64,000 bases of DNA, from the IMG/VR virus record IMGVR_UViG_3300025133_000072, positions 11,721 to 75,720 of that record. One strand, given 5' to 3'. The position numbers were made by a program, and so were the translations under genes. Shown here piece after piece: positions 38,452 through 48,415 of the stretch; position 1 is the stretch's first letter, and each line of letters opens with the position of its first letter. The notes below the pieces were generated by a model. It did not search any database and had not been told where the DNA came from. It was given only the letters and a program-made list of their open reading frames with translations. The stretch is from a virus.

Positions 38452-39030
38452 ATGAAAGAAGTTATTCTTTCAAACCAAAAAGGCGAACATGTAAGGGTCC
38501 CAATCTCCGATGATTTCATCATAGGAGTAGATCCAGGACCTGAAACATCCGGGCTGGTTATTTATGTTCCCCAAGCCCCAAGGATTGCTTTCTCCAATTA
38601 TGCTTTTCCCAACGATCGGTTTCCCTATGTCATAAGGTGTTTTCAAAACTGCTCTTGGGCAGTGGAGATGGTGTCTTGCTACGGGATGCCTGTAGGAGAT
38701 CCCATTTTTAATACCTGCGTAGCTATCGGAGCCATAGAAGAAAGAGCACGAGACTACCAGTCCAAGATCTACAGAATTACCAGACCGGATGCTAAGGTCT
38801 TTCTTTGCGGGAGTCGTGCAGCCAAAGGAACGAATTTAACTCAGGCGCTTAAAGATAGGTTTCCAAAAGTAGGAGGGGGGAAGGATGCTTCAGTGGGTAT
38901 TAAGAAGCAGCCAGGACCTCTGTTTGGAATAGCAAAGCACTCTTGGGCTGCGTTGGCAGTGGCGTACACTCTAGCCCACGGAGAGGCTCATTTGGGTATG
39001 AAAGAATGGGCTTTAGGGAGAACAGTATGA
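38452..39030 (+). CDS. RuvC-like Holliday junction resolvase
   Basis: IIGVDPG..SG, AVEMV, WAALAVA. Confidence 0.7.
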   Translation: MKEVILSNQKGEHVRVPISDDFIIGVDPGPETSGLVIYVPQAPRIAFSNYAFPNDRFPYVIRCFQNCSWAVEMVSCYGMPVGDPIFNTCVAIGAIEERARDYQSKIYRITRPDAKVFLCGSRAAKGTNLTQALKDRFPKVGGGKDASVGIKKQPGPLFGIAKHSWAALAVAYTLAHGEAHLGMKEWALGRTV

Positions 39031-40103
39031 TCAAAGGAGCCAGAGGAACAGATTTCCAGGCGTTGGCTAAATATGACGTAGAACTCCATCCAGGGGTGAA
39101 TTGTTTTGTGGGGGAATCGGATGTAGGTAAATCTGCTTTCCTCAAGACGATAAAGTTCGTTTCCCAGAACAGACCTTCAGGGGATGCTTTTATTCGAGAG
39201 GGACAGGATTTCGTTTCTTGTTTCCTTGACGTGGCAGAAGGTTCAGTAGAAAGGACCAAGGGAGAGAAGAAGCAAGTTTACAAGATTGTGACAGAGAAGG
39301 AGAGCAAGGATCTCACAGCATTTGGGACCTCAGTTCCAGAGGAAGTGTCAGACCTCCTTCGATTAGATCCAGAGATAAATTTCCAAGGCCAGTTCGACAA
39401 ACATTTTCTTCTGTCCTGGACTCCTGGGGAAGTGGGTCGGTTTTTCAATAGGATTGTGAATTTAGAGAAGATGGACTATGCGGTTTCTTCTATTCAGAAA
39501 ACGGTCAATTCCCTGAGTGCGGATATCAAAGCTAATGAAGCTCTTCTTGTGGAACACATATCCTCCCTGGATCAATACACAGACCTGGATGAAGCTGCTA
39601 ATCAAGTGAATGCCCTGGATCAGCTTAATGCAGAAACAGATAAGATAAAAGAGGACATCTCAGGGCTCTCAGATCTCCTTGATAACTCGCAAACGGTTAC
39701 TGGCAGGCTAGAAGACCTGAAACCTTATAAAGGGGCTGGCGTGTCTGTTTTGGCTATCAGGGACCTGTTTGGAATGTCTGCTGTAGCTCAAAAATACATA
39801 GAGGATATTCAGGGGATTTTGAAGAGCAGAGAACAGGTAGAGAAAGCCCTGAGTCCGGCCAAGAGGATGAGCAAGTGTTCCAAGGCTATAGAAGGGTTCC
39901 AGGAAGGCATAGCAGAGATCCAAACCATACAAAAATCCATGGCAGAGATTGAGGCTATGATTTCCTCCTATACTAAAATGAGATCTGCTTTGTTCTCTGT
40001 TGAGGCAGAGCAGGCGGAATTTATAGCGGAGAGGGAGAAACTCATTCCTGATGAGTGTCCTTTGTGTAAGCAGCCTGTGGGCAGAGAGGTGTTTTGTGGC
40101 TAA
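39027..40103 (+). CDS. SbcC/Rad50 N-terminal half (Walker A, coiled coil, Zn hook)
   Basis: FQ, GESDVGKSA, Q-loop FQGQ; ends CPLCKQ. Confidence 0.85.
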   Translation: MIKGARGTDFQALAKYDVELHPGVNCFVGESDVGKSAFLKTIKFVSQNRPSGDAFIREGQDFVSCFLDVAEGSVERTKGEKKQVYKIVTEKESKDLTAFGTSVPEEVSDLLRLDPEINFQGQFDKHFLLSWTPGEVGRFFNRIVNLEKMDYAVSSIQKTVNSLSADIKANEALLVEHISSLDQYTDLDEAANQVNALDQLNAETDKIKEDISGLSDLLDNSQTVTGRLEDLKPYKGAGVSVLAIRDLFGMSAVAQKYIEDIQGILKSREQVEKALSPAKRMSKCSKAIEGFQEGIAEIQTIQKSMAEIEAMISSYTKMRSALFSVEAEQAEFIAEREKLIPDECPLCKQPVGREVFCG

Positions 40104-40992
40104 ACCGATAGCTATTTTGGTGGGCGATCTCCATGCAAGGGAAACGGTTCCTGAGTGTCGTGTGGATGATTTTTTGGAGGCGCAATTTAATAAGTGGCGT
40201 TGGTTGAAAAAACTCTGGGAGGAAACAAAGGTCCCTATTGTTTATGCGGGGGATGTTTTCGACAAATGGAAATCCAGTCCTTGGCTTTTGAGCAAGGTTC
40301 AGGAACTTCTTCCTCCTGGTTTGTTCATCGTAGGACAACATGATATTTCAGGCCATAGCATGAAGAATCTAGAAAAATCTAATCTCAATGTTCTTTTGAC
40401 TTCAAAGCTAGGGTGGACTGAGATAACAGACATGGGATATCTGGACAATAAGGATTTCACAGCATGGGGCTATTCCTGGGGAACAGGATTGAAAAAAATG
40501 CTTAGCGGGAATTCTTTACCTTGTTTGGCTGTGGTACATAAGTTTGTCTATGAGAAGGAAATTCCTTGGCCTGGATGTGATGGTCTTTCAGCAGAGGAGG
40601 CCCTGGAACAGCTCTCAGGATATGAACTCGTTCTGTGCGGGGACAATCACCAGAAATTCATTTATGAGAAAGGGAATCAGAAGCTTTTGAATCCTGGTTC
40701 TTTCTTGAGGATGTCTGCGGATCAACAGAATTTTGCTCCTGCGGTTTTTATCTGGAAGGATGACAATTCCCTAGAAGAGGTTCCCGTTCCCATTGAGAAG
40801 GGCGTGGTTTCCAGGGAGCATATTGAGAGGAAGAAAGAGACGGATGAGAAAATGAATGCTTGGGTAGAGTCTCTGAATTCTGACATTGAAATCACTTTGT
40901 CTTTTGAGGAGAATATAAAAAGATACAAAGAAGAGAATCCAAATGTTCCAGATCATGTTTGGGATATTGTAATGACGCATGTTAAAGCATAG
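40096..40992 (+). CDS. SbcD/Mre11-like nuclease
   Basis: GDLH, AGDVFD, GQHD, GDNH, NPGS. Confidence 0.9.
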   Translation: MAKPIAILVGDLHARETVPECRVDDFLEAQFNKWRWLKKLWEETKVPIVYAGDVFDKWKSSPWLLSKVQELLPPGLFIVGQHDISGHSMKNLEKSNLNVLLTSKLGWTEITDMGYLDNKDFTAWGYSWGTGLKKMLSGNSLPCLAVVHKFVYEKEIPWPGCDGLSAEEALEQLSGYELVLCGDNHQKFIYEKGNQKLLNPGSFLRMSADQQNFAPAVFIWKDDNSLEEVPVPIEKGVVSREHIERKKETDEKMNAWVESLNSDIEITLSFEENIKRYKEENPNVPDHVWDIVMTHVKA

Positions 40993-40994
40993 GG

Positions 40995-41267
40995 GTGGCT
41001 GTGGAACACAAGATTGATGATATTTTAGAGAATATAAAGCGAGCGGACAAGAGGATCAAAGATGCTCAGGAAGAGGGGTCTAAGTTAGAAGGGAAGCTCG
41101 AACAGCTCAAGTCTGATTTAGAGTCCAGGTTTGCTTGTAGTAGCTGGGACAAGGCAGAAGAATTGCTCCAGGGAAAGAAAGAAGCTAAGGAAGCTATGGA
41201 AGCTAGGATTCAGGTTCGTTATGAGAGCCTTGTCGAGGAGCATGGGACACTTTTAGGATTAGTATGA
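40995..41267 (+). CDS. Small coiled-coil protein (possible SbcC arm segment)
   Basis: Heptad-rich; lies between SbcD and the SbcC C-half. Confidence 0.6.
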   Translation: MAVEHKIDDILENIKRADKRIKDAQEEGSKLEGKLEQLKSDLESRFACSSWDKAEELLQGKKEAKEAMEARIQVRYESLVEEHGTLLGLV

Positions 41268-41881
41268 ATTGTGTAGAGAATCTCAAACTCAAAGTGTCTG
41301 CTCTCACAGGAGAGCGGGATCAGATTCTGAGATCAATAGAATCGATTGCTACAAAGGTCGTCGGGCTCAGAGATCAGAAAGATGATCATAAGAAGGCTCA
41401 GCAGATCATTCGAGATGTATCCCTTCAAACTCAGAAGCAATTGGAGTTCAAAGTGTCTTCATTGGTTTCCACTTGTTTGTCAACGGTTTTTGAAGATCCT
41501 TATGAGTTTCATTTGGAATTTACAGAGAGAAGGAACAAAACAGAGGGAGACATCTTCTTTACCAGAGGAGATGCTGTTATTGATCCTATGGAACAGTCAG
41601 GAGGCGGGGTGCTAGATGTTGCATCTTTTGCTCTCCGGGTGGTAGGCTGGAAGTTGTCGAGAAAGAACCTTCGTCCTGTTTTTATCTTGGATGAGCCTTT
41701 CAAATTCCTTAACAGGGATCGACAACCGAAAGCGGGACAAATGTTGGTTGAAGTAAGTCAGAAGCTCGGAGTTCAGATCATAATGGATTCTCACCAAAGG
41801 GATATTATTGCTCGTTGTGACAAAGTATTCGAAGTCACAATGAGGGACAGAGTCTCCAAGATAATGGAGATAGAAGCGTGA
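41264..41881 (+). CDS. SbcC/Rad50 C-terminal half
   Basis: Signature QSGGG, Walker B FILDEP, switch DSH. Confidence 0.85.
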   Translation: MNCVENLKLKVSALTGERDQILRSIESIATKVVGLRDQKDDHKKAQQIIRDVSLQTQKQLEFKVSSLVSTCLSTVFEDPYEFHLEFTERRNKTEGDIFFTRGDAVIDPMEQSGGGVLDVASFALRVVGWKLSRKNLRPVFILDEPFKFLNRDRQPKAGQMLVEVSQKLGVQIIMDSHQRDIIARCDKVFEVTMRDRVSKIMEIEA

Positions 41882-41920
41882 GAAAATATAACTTCAATGT
41901 GATCTCGAACGACACCGGAT

Positions 41921-41947
41921 AAAAGCGACTGTTCACGGTCGTTTTTT
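41921..41947 (+). terminator. Intrinsic terminator
   Basis: aaaagcgactg-ttca-cggtcgtttttt. Confidence 0.75.
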
Positions 41948-42074
41948 CTTTCCTCTTATTTTTTGCGGGATACGTTTCGCTTCAAGACTTAGGGGAGGAG
42001 AGGGATATAAAATTCCAGGGCAGGCGCAGTAGTGGTGGTATTTACGTGATAAAGAGCAGCAGGAGGATTCAGTC

Positions 42075-45014
42075 GTGGCTCATTTTTTATCTTTTCAACT
42101 TGAGGACGAGTTTGTAAATTCGATCCCAGAGCCCCAGTTAGGATTTGGAGAATTAGGAGCATTTACATTTCTAAGGACCTATAGCCGGGTTAAACCAGAT
42201 GGAACAAAGGAATCTTTCCGGGACGTTATTAAGCGTTGTGTGGAAGGTTCTTTTTCATTACAGAAGGATCATATTCTTTCCCATCATCTAAGTTGGGATG
42301 AGGGGAAAGCAACTAAAGCAGCTCAAACAATGTTTTCTCATATGATGAATTTATATTTCCTTCCTCCTGGGAGAGGGCTGTGGATGATGGGAACCGAGTA
42401 TGCTCACACCAGGACTCCGGCTGGATTATTTAACTGTTTTTCTGGGGATACTGAGGTTCTTACCAGACATGGAACTAAGGAAATACAAAATTTAGTAGGC
42501 ACAGAACCTTTTCTTCTCACAAGTGCTGGAACTTGGACTTCGGCACCTGTTCGATCTTATGGTTTCCAGTCTTTATATGAGCTTACATTAACTAGACAAG
42601 GAATTCATAAAACCATCCGAGTAACCAAGGACCACAAATGGTATGCCCAGCATGGTCATAAGGTACGGAGAGGGCATTCTTTTGATGAATTGACTACACT
42701 TGAATTAGAAGAAGGAATGTGGTTGAGGTATCAGTTAGCCCAACCAGCGGGGAAGCCTTCTCCTCAAGGGATTCAACATGGAATTTCTTTTGGGGACGGC
42801 ACAGGCACTTCTTTGAGTTTAGTAGGAGAAAAACAGGATCTTCTTCACTATTATTCGGCTAATGACAAATATCCTGAAGAAGAGAGAAATATAATCCGAG
42901 TGATCGATCTACCAGAACATTTTAAGGATAAGCCTGATCTGTCCTGGGACAGAAAATATCTATTAGGTTGGTTGATGGGGTATTTCGCAGCAGACGGGTC
43001 AGTGGATAATGGGCAAGTCACTTTGTCTTCTTCTCGAAAAGAAAATTTGGAGTTAGTTCGAGATGTTGCTTCTATTATAGGGATAGGGACTTATTCAATC
43101 AGGTTTTCTAGCGGGTCTTCTAATTATAAGGAAGATCGAGAATTATGGGACATAACTTTCATGCGGGATACATTTCCGGAGGGGTTTTTCTTAAGAAAAA
43201 AACATAGTGAAAAGGCGGGGAATAAAGACACGCCCAGAAGAAATTGGAATGTTGTTTCTGTGAAAGATTTAGGAGTAGAAGAAGAGGTTTTTTGTGCCGA
43301 AGTTCCTACAACACAAAATTTTACCTTGGAGGGAAATATTTTGACCCATAATTGTGCCTTTACGAGCACGAGAAACATAGCTAAAGAGTATGAGTCTCCC
43401 TTCACATTTTTGATGGATGTTTCGATGCTGGGAGTTGGATGTGGTTTTGATGTCAAAGGAGAATCCAAGGTCGAGATCCACAAACCGACTGGGGAAGCAA
43501 AGAATTTTGTAATAGGGGATTCTAGAGAAGGCTGGGTGGAGAGTACAGGAGCCCTCATTCGATCCTATATCCATCCCACAGATAATCACCAGCTCCTTTT
43601 TGATTATTCAGGTATACGAGCAAGGCATACTCTTATTAAAGGATTTGGAGGAGTAGCCGGGGGACCAGAGAGCCTTATTCAATTGCACTGGGATCTCAGG
43701 GAGATGTTTGATCGAGCTATCGAAGCAGATAAAAAGCACATGGATTCCAGGATGATTACAGACATTATGAATCTTTTAGGTTCCTGTGTGGTGTCTGGTA
43801 ATGTTCGTAGGGTCGCTGAGTTAGCTCTAGGCTTTCCTGATGATGAAGACTATTTGGATCTTAAGAATTATGAGATTAATCCAGAACGCAAGGGATATGG
43901 GAAGTACAGTAATAATTCTGTATTCTGTCAGGTTGGAATGGATTACTCTTCTCTTATTGAGCGCACAGCTATCAATGGAGAGCCTGGAATGTTTTGGTTA
44001 GACAATGTTCGTCGCTTTGGTCGAATGGGGGATGATGAGAACAATCGGGATGCTCTTGTGAAAGGAGCAAACCCTTGTATGGAGCAATCTCTGGAAGATA
44101 AGGAGATGTGTAATCTCGTTGAGATTTTCCCTACGAATATTCCTGATTATGTGTCTTTTGAGGATGTTTTGAAGTCGGCTTACTTGTACGGAAAGTCTGT
44201 GACGCTGACCAAGACCCATATTCCTGAAACAAATCAGAAGCAGCTCAAGAATCGTAGAATTGGGATCTCCTTGTCTGGATTAGCTATGTTCAAAGAATCC
44301 AGGGGAATGAACACTATGATCGAGTGGATGGATCGGGGATACAAATTCCTGAAAGCTACAGACACTCAATACAGCAAATGGCTCACGATTCCAGAGAGTG
44401 TGAAGCTCACTTCGATCAAGCCTTCTGGTACTATTTCTTTAGTAGCAGGAGTAACAGCCGGGGTTCATTATCCTGTGGCTAAGCATTACTACAAGAATAT
44501 CAGAGTGTCTTCACATCTCCCTCTTGTGGATAAGTGTAGAGAGCTTGGATACAAAGTGGAATGGGAGATCAAGTACAAGGATGATCCTTCTTCTCTTACA
44601 GGATTCTCTTCTTATGAATCTGATGATACGGTAGTCATTGCTTTCCCGGTCAATATCCCAGTCAATATACGAGGTCGGTCGGAGATTTCTGTCTGGGAAC
44701 AGGTAAAGTTTGTGGAACTTGTTCAGCGCTATTGGGCTGATAATCAAGTCTCTTGCACAGTAACTTTTCAGGATTTTGAAAAGGATGATTTGGTTCGGGT
44801 CTTGGAGATGTTTGATAGATCTTTGAAAAATGTTTCTTTCTTGCCTTTATTTGATAGCGGATACGAGCAGATGCCCGAAGAGAAAGTGAATCCAGAAGAT
44901 TTCCAAAAGTACGTGACCGGGATTGTTCCTTATGCATTTGCCTCCGAATACATCAAAGGGGAAGCCAAGGGAGAGACTGGGTGCGACAATGAAGGGGGTT
45001 CTTGTTCTTTATAG
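42075..45014 (+). CDS. nrdJ: Class II (B12-dependent) ribonucleotide reductase, intein-containing
   Basis: RTYSR, PPGRGLW, GNVRR, NPCMEQSL..EMCNL, TSIKPSGT, C-terminal CDNEGGSC. Confidence 0.92.
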   Translation: MAHFLSFQLEDEFVNSIPEPQLGFGELGAFTFLRTYSRVKPDGTKESFRDVIKRCVEGSFSLQKDHILSHHLSWDEGKATKAAQTMFSHMMNLYFLPPGRGLWMMGTEYAHTRTPAGLFNCFSGDTEVLTRHGTKEIQNLVGTEPFLLTSAGTWTSAPVRSYGFQSLYELTLTRQGIHKTIRVTKDHKWYAQHGHKVRRGHSFDELTTLELEEGMWLRYQLAQPAGKPSPQGIQHGISFGDGTGTSLSLVGEKQDLLHYYSANDKYPEEERNIIRVIDLPEHFKDKPDLSWDRKYLLGWLMGYFAADGSVDNGQVTLSSSRKENLELVRDVASIIGIGTYSIRFSSGSSNYKEDRELWDITFMRDTFPEGFFLRKKHSEKAGNKDTPRRNWNVVSVKDLGVEEEVFCAEVPTTQNFTLEGNILTHNCAFTSTRNIAKEYESPFTFLMDVSMLGVGCGFDVKGESKVEIHKPTGEAKNFVIGDSREGWVESTGALIRSYIHPTDNHQLLFDYSGIRARHTLIKGFGGVAGGPESLIQLHWDLREMFDRAIEADKKHMDSRMITDIMNLLGSCVVSGNVRRVAELALGFPDDEDYLDLKNYEINPERKGYGKYSNNSVFCQVGMDYSSLIERTAINGEPGMFWLDNVRRFGRMGDDENNRDALVKGANPCMEQSLEDKEMCNLVEIFPTNIPDYVSFEDVLKSAYLYGKSVTLTKTHIPETNQKQLKNRRIGISLSGLAMFKESRGMNTMIEWMDRGYKFLKATDTQYSKWLTIPESVKLTSIKPSGTISLVAGVTAGVHYPVAKHYYKNIRVSSHLPLVDKCRELGYKVEWEIKYKDDPSSLTGFSSYESDDTVVIAFPVNIPVNIRGRSEISVWEQVKFVELVQRYWADNQVSCTVTFQDFEKDDLVRVLEMFDRSLKNVSFLPLFDSGYEQMPEEKVNPEDFQKYVTGIVPYAFASEYIKGEAKGETGCDNEGGSCSL
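42435..43352 (+). mobile_element. 306-aa intein with a LAGLIDADG endonuclease
   Basis: LFN|CFSGDTEV...TKDHKW...GISFGDG...GYFAADGS...ILTHN|CAF. Confidence 0.92.
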
Positions 45015-45193
45015 GGTAGGGTATGGAAAAGCCCACTGAGAAGACCAAAGCCCAAAAAGTAGTTGTGGATTATTATACTGGAGAGAGATTTTATCTTGTT
45101 TCTGTGAAGGGGAATCAGATGTATGTTGATGAGGAGCAATATCTTCAGATACAGAGAAGGGAGACAAAAGCCCCTTCCTAGTATTTTGTAATC

Positions 45194-45406
45194 ATGCGGG
45201 TAAAACCAAAGGCGGTAGCTAGAGCAACTGGGGTTCCTGAAAAATTAGTCAGAGTTTTAGGAGCCCTTCTCCTATCCATGAAACCTGGAGATGAAATCAA
45301 TCTGGGTGAGATCCTCATGACTCGTGTTTCTCAGGATACTTTTAGAATCCACAAAAAGAGGAGATACGCTACAGAGGAATTATTCGATGAGTTTTTCAAA
45401 GATTAG
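45194..45406 (+). CDS. Small basic protein (weakly HU-like)
   Basis: VARATGVPEKLV...GDEINL. Confidence 0.4.
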   Translation: MRVKPKAVARATGVPEKLVRVLGALLLSMKPGDEINLGEILMTRVSQDTFRIHKKRRYATEELFDEFFKD

Positions 45407-46535
45407 TAGACCACGAGATATTTACGTCTATAAGAAGGCCAGAGAAATTCCTCCTCTTATTCGGGAGTATCGAGAAACAGATGAGGGGGACATCCTTTTG
45501 CCTGTGTTTGAGAAGGTCCGGGATGTTGCTTACCATTGGATGAAGTGGGAGCTGTCCTCTACTGCTATGTCCTTTGAGGATATCGGAGAGCTTTCCAAAG
45601 ACTACGCTTCGTCTTTCATAGAGAAGATTCTTACCAAATCGGATTTCAGGGTGAATGATGCATCTAAGTATATCCAAAAGAATATGCTGGAAATTCTTTA
45701 TGACAAGGACAGGAAAAAGCGGGTTCCTGTTTCTTATGCAGAGGTGTTCAAAGAAACTAATCCTGATTTAATTTTGGTTCGCCGGGAAGTTCTCAAAGAG
45801 TGCTTGGATACCATTCAACTGCTTTTGGGGGAGGATCTTTTTCCTTTGTTTGTTTCTTATATTAAAGGAGATATTCAAGGGTTTAAGGGTTTGGTAAATG
45901 ACCGGGATCTCATGCGGTATACAATAGCCAAACATTTACTAGAAACACGTTGTAGGTTTTTGGTTTCTTCTAAAATGCCGTCTTACAAAGAGAGCAGTTT
46001 AGCTTCTGCGGTTATCCTTTCCCATCTTATGGAAGTGGACGAATCCCTTATATACATCCCCATGTTGATTGGGGAAGAGAACTTCGTGAAATTGATGACC
46101 ACGTTCCAGGGAAGGACAATGACTTTCCCTACTATGGAGGAAATTGAGATAGCCTATGATGTTGGTAGAACTCTTACTTTCTTTGAAGATCCTACAGTTA
46201 AGCATTTGAATTTTAGGATAGCGGAAAGGATGATAAATTTTTCTGGAGAAATGGAGCTGGTAGACCTTCCTTCTTCACACAATCATAAGTATAATAGAGC
46301 TGACTTTCCTATGAATCAGGGTGTTCTTGTATCATATTTCATCACTAATTTTAGTAGGATAGGTGGTCTTTTAGGGTCATTAGAAACTAAGGTTAAAGAT
46401 CTTCCTAGAGATGGCGCAGGGAATTTGTCGGACATCACAAAGGAATTGAGCAGGATATTTAAACTGCAAACAACTTTACTGGATCAAGTGAGTAAGTCTA
46501 CAGAGGAGATGCGGGAACATGATAGACAAGATTGA
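45324..46535 (+). CDS. Hypothetical protein with a Mor-like segment
   Basis: IGEENFVKLMTTFQGRTMTFPT; start codon uncertain. Confidence 0.55.
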   Translation: MFLRILLESTKRGDTLQRNYSMSFSKISRPRDIYVYKKAREIPPLIREYRETDEGDILLPVFEKVRDVAYHWMKWELSSTAMSFEDIGELSKDYASSFIEKILTKSDFRVNDASKYIQKNMLEILYDKDRKKRVPVSYAEVFKETNPDLILVRREVLKECLDTIQLLLGEDLFPLFVSYIKGDIQGFKGLVNDRDLMRYTIAKHLLETRCRFLVSSKMPSYKESSLASAVILSHLMEVDESLIYIPMLIGEENFVKLMTTFQGRTMTFPTMEEIEIAYDVGRTLTFFEDPTVKHLNFRIAERMINFSGEMELVDLPSSHNHKYNRADFPMNQGVLVSYFITNFSRIGGLLGSLETKVKDLPRDGAGNLSDITKELSRIFKLQTTLLDQVSKSTEEMREHDRQD

Positions 46536-46704
46536 GAAATCCTGTGGGAGCTGGGAAGAGGCTGAGAAGTATATTAACGAGAACAAAGGGAATTACAAGA
46601 ACTATGCGATCAATCCTTCAGGGAGTTGGTATGTGGCAGTTCTGTGGGGTAAGATGCATTCCCCGGACACAATTCCATTACACGAATAAGGAAGGAAGGA
46701 TTCA

Positions 46705-47403
46705 ATGGCAGTTAAAGCCAAAGTATCAAAAGAACCAAGAAAAGCTCAAATAACCATGATGGAGGCTCTGGGCCTGCTGTCTTCTTCACACAAACGATGC
46801 TCGGAAGTTCTCCAAGACGCTCGATTTCTAGGCATTCGCAAAGGGAATGAAATACCTCCGGATTTTAATTCCTGGAAGGATTTTGAGAAGTTGGCTAAGT
46901 CCGGGATGATGAAGATAGAAGCGCTGCTCAAAGCCAGACAAGTGCTCACCAAGCTTATCGTCAAATCCAATATGGAAACGACTGTCTCAGTAGAGGGTGT
47001 GGAAATGCCTTTAGCTCAGGCCGATGCTTTCCAGGAAGCTACCATGTCCACACATACCCAGATCCTGGAGTATTTCCGACAGGTCCTCAAGGTCAACCTC
47101 AATACACTGGGAGAAAAGAACAAACCAGTGGATGAGCAGACTACCAAGCATATTGCCGAGATTATGGCTTGTGATATGCCTGCGAAGGACAAACAGAAGC
47201 AGATAAAGGATTTCGAGGCATTGTACCGCCTTCCTTATCAGCATAGTTTGGTAGATCCTACAAACATTCGAGGAGTCATTGAGAAGATGGACAGGATTCG
47301 GGTTCAGACAGTGAACAAGTATTCCTCGGTCATTCAGCAATCCCATCAAGTGGTTAAGATTGAGCTTGATCAGAAAGTCTTGGATGTCCTTCGAGAAACG
47401 TGA
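46705..47403 (+). CDS. Helical phage protein (septicolysin-like pattern)
   Basis: ITMMEAL...SNMETTVSVEGVEMPLAQA...LVDP. Confidence 0.5.
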   Translation: MAVKAKVSKEPRKAQITMMEALGLLSSSHKRCSEVLQDARFLGIRKGNEIPPDFNSWKDFEKLAKSGMMKIEALLKARQVLTKLIVKSNMETTVSVEGVEMPLAQADAFQEATMSTHTQILEYFRQVLKVNLNTLGEKNKPVDEQTTKHIAEIMACDMPAKDKQKQIKDFEALYRLPYQHSLVDPTNIRGVIEKMDRIRVQTVNKYSSVIQQSHQVVKIELDQKVLDVLRET

Positions 47404-47686
47404 TCTGTCAGTAATAAAGGACCCAGCCTTTGTAGCCTATCTCAAGAAGAGTAAAGCTTTCCAGGAGATTCTTATTCATAGTGTTTCCCCGAATGTGATT
47501 ATAGCTTGTGTAGATATGCTCCCTTCGACCACTGTTGATGAGTGGTTGAAGGACTTCAAGAAGAAGAAAACTAAAACGGAAACTTCAGGTAAAGTTATTC
47601 CTGTGGACTTTACAAGTTCGAATGTTTGAGCCTCTTTTTTGTATTCTATTGGACATTCTCTCTTATTATCCATTACACTTTTATTA

Positions 47687-48415
47687 ATGCCAGCACGACA
47701 AGCACGTAAGTCGAAAGGCTCTTCTAGGATTCGGAAACGAAGACAAATAGAGCCAGAAGAACCTTCTGTAGATCTAGAAAAGAACACTACAGTCAGTACA
47801 GCTATCTCCATTCTTTCAGACCCAACGAATCTGGATGAGAAGGTAGCCAGCTTGCTTTCGACGACTTCTATTGGTATCAAGGTCTTATTTGCGGGGATAG
47901 CACAGCAGACTTCCTCTACCCTGAGTTCTATGTTCATGACATTGGATTCTATGGAGAAGGAATTATCTACTGACAAGTTTCAACAAGACTTACCAAAATC
48001 TCAGAAGATTCAACTTTACAGAACCATACGAGATACCTTCCAAGATAAGTTGGAGTTCCTCAGACAGGTTATGGAAAAGGGGGATCACGATACTTTCAAG
48101 GATGAAATTATGCTGGCTCTGAGATCAGTACAGGGGACAGAGGAACATCAACAGGACGTAGATCATCATGATATAACTACCCTGGAAGAATTTCCGGATA
48201 TGGAAAAATCCATTCTGTCGGATTTAAGAAACATTATCCAGGACAATGCTCTCCCGGCCCCTAAGAAAGAAGATCCTCCATGTCCTCCCAAAAAAGCCAA
48301 AAAACCCCCATCCAAGAAGTCTTCTCGATCCTCGACCCGCTCTACCAAAAATACCCAAAAGTCGAAGTCCACAAAGTCATCGGCAAGCAGTTTGGTTATG
48401 AACGGGTCCCCGTAG
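47687..48415 (+). CDS. Putative terminase small subunit or packaging-associated protein
   Basis: Helical protein immediately upstream of, and overlapping, terL; called by position only. Confidence 0.4.
   Translation: MPARQARKSKGSSRIRKRRQIEPEEPSVDLEKNTTVSTAISILSDPTNLDEKVASLLSTTSIGIKVLFAGIAQQTSSTLSSMFMTLDSMEKELSTDKFQQDLPKSQKIQLYRTIRDTFQDKLEFLRQVMEKGDHDTFKDEIMLALRSVQGTEEHQQDVDHHDITTLEEFPDMEKSILSDLRNIIQDNALPAPKKEDPPCPPKKAKKPPSKKSSRSSTRSTKNTQKSKSTKSSASSLVMNGSP

Noticed and set aside
41950-42074. Cobalamin riboswitch or NrdR box before nrdJ
   Set aside because: No B12-box or NrdR palindrome recognisable.
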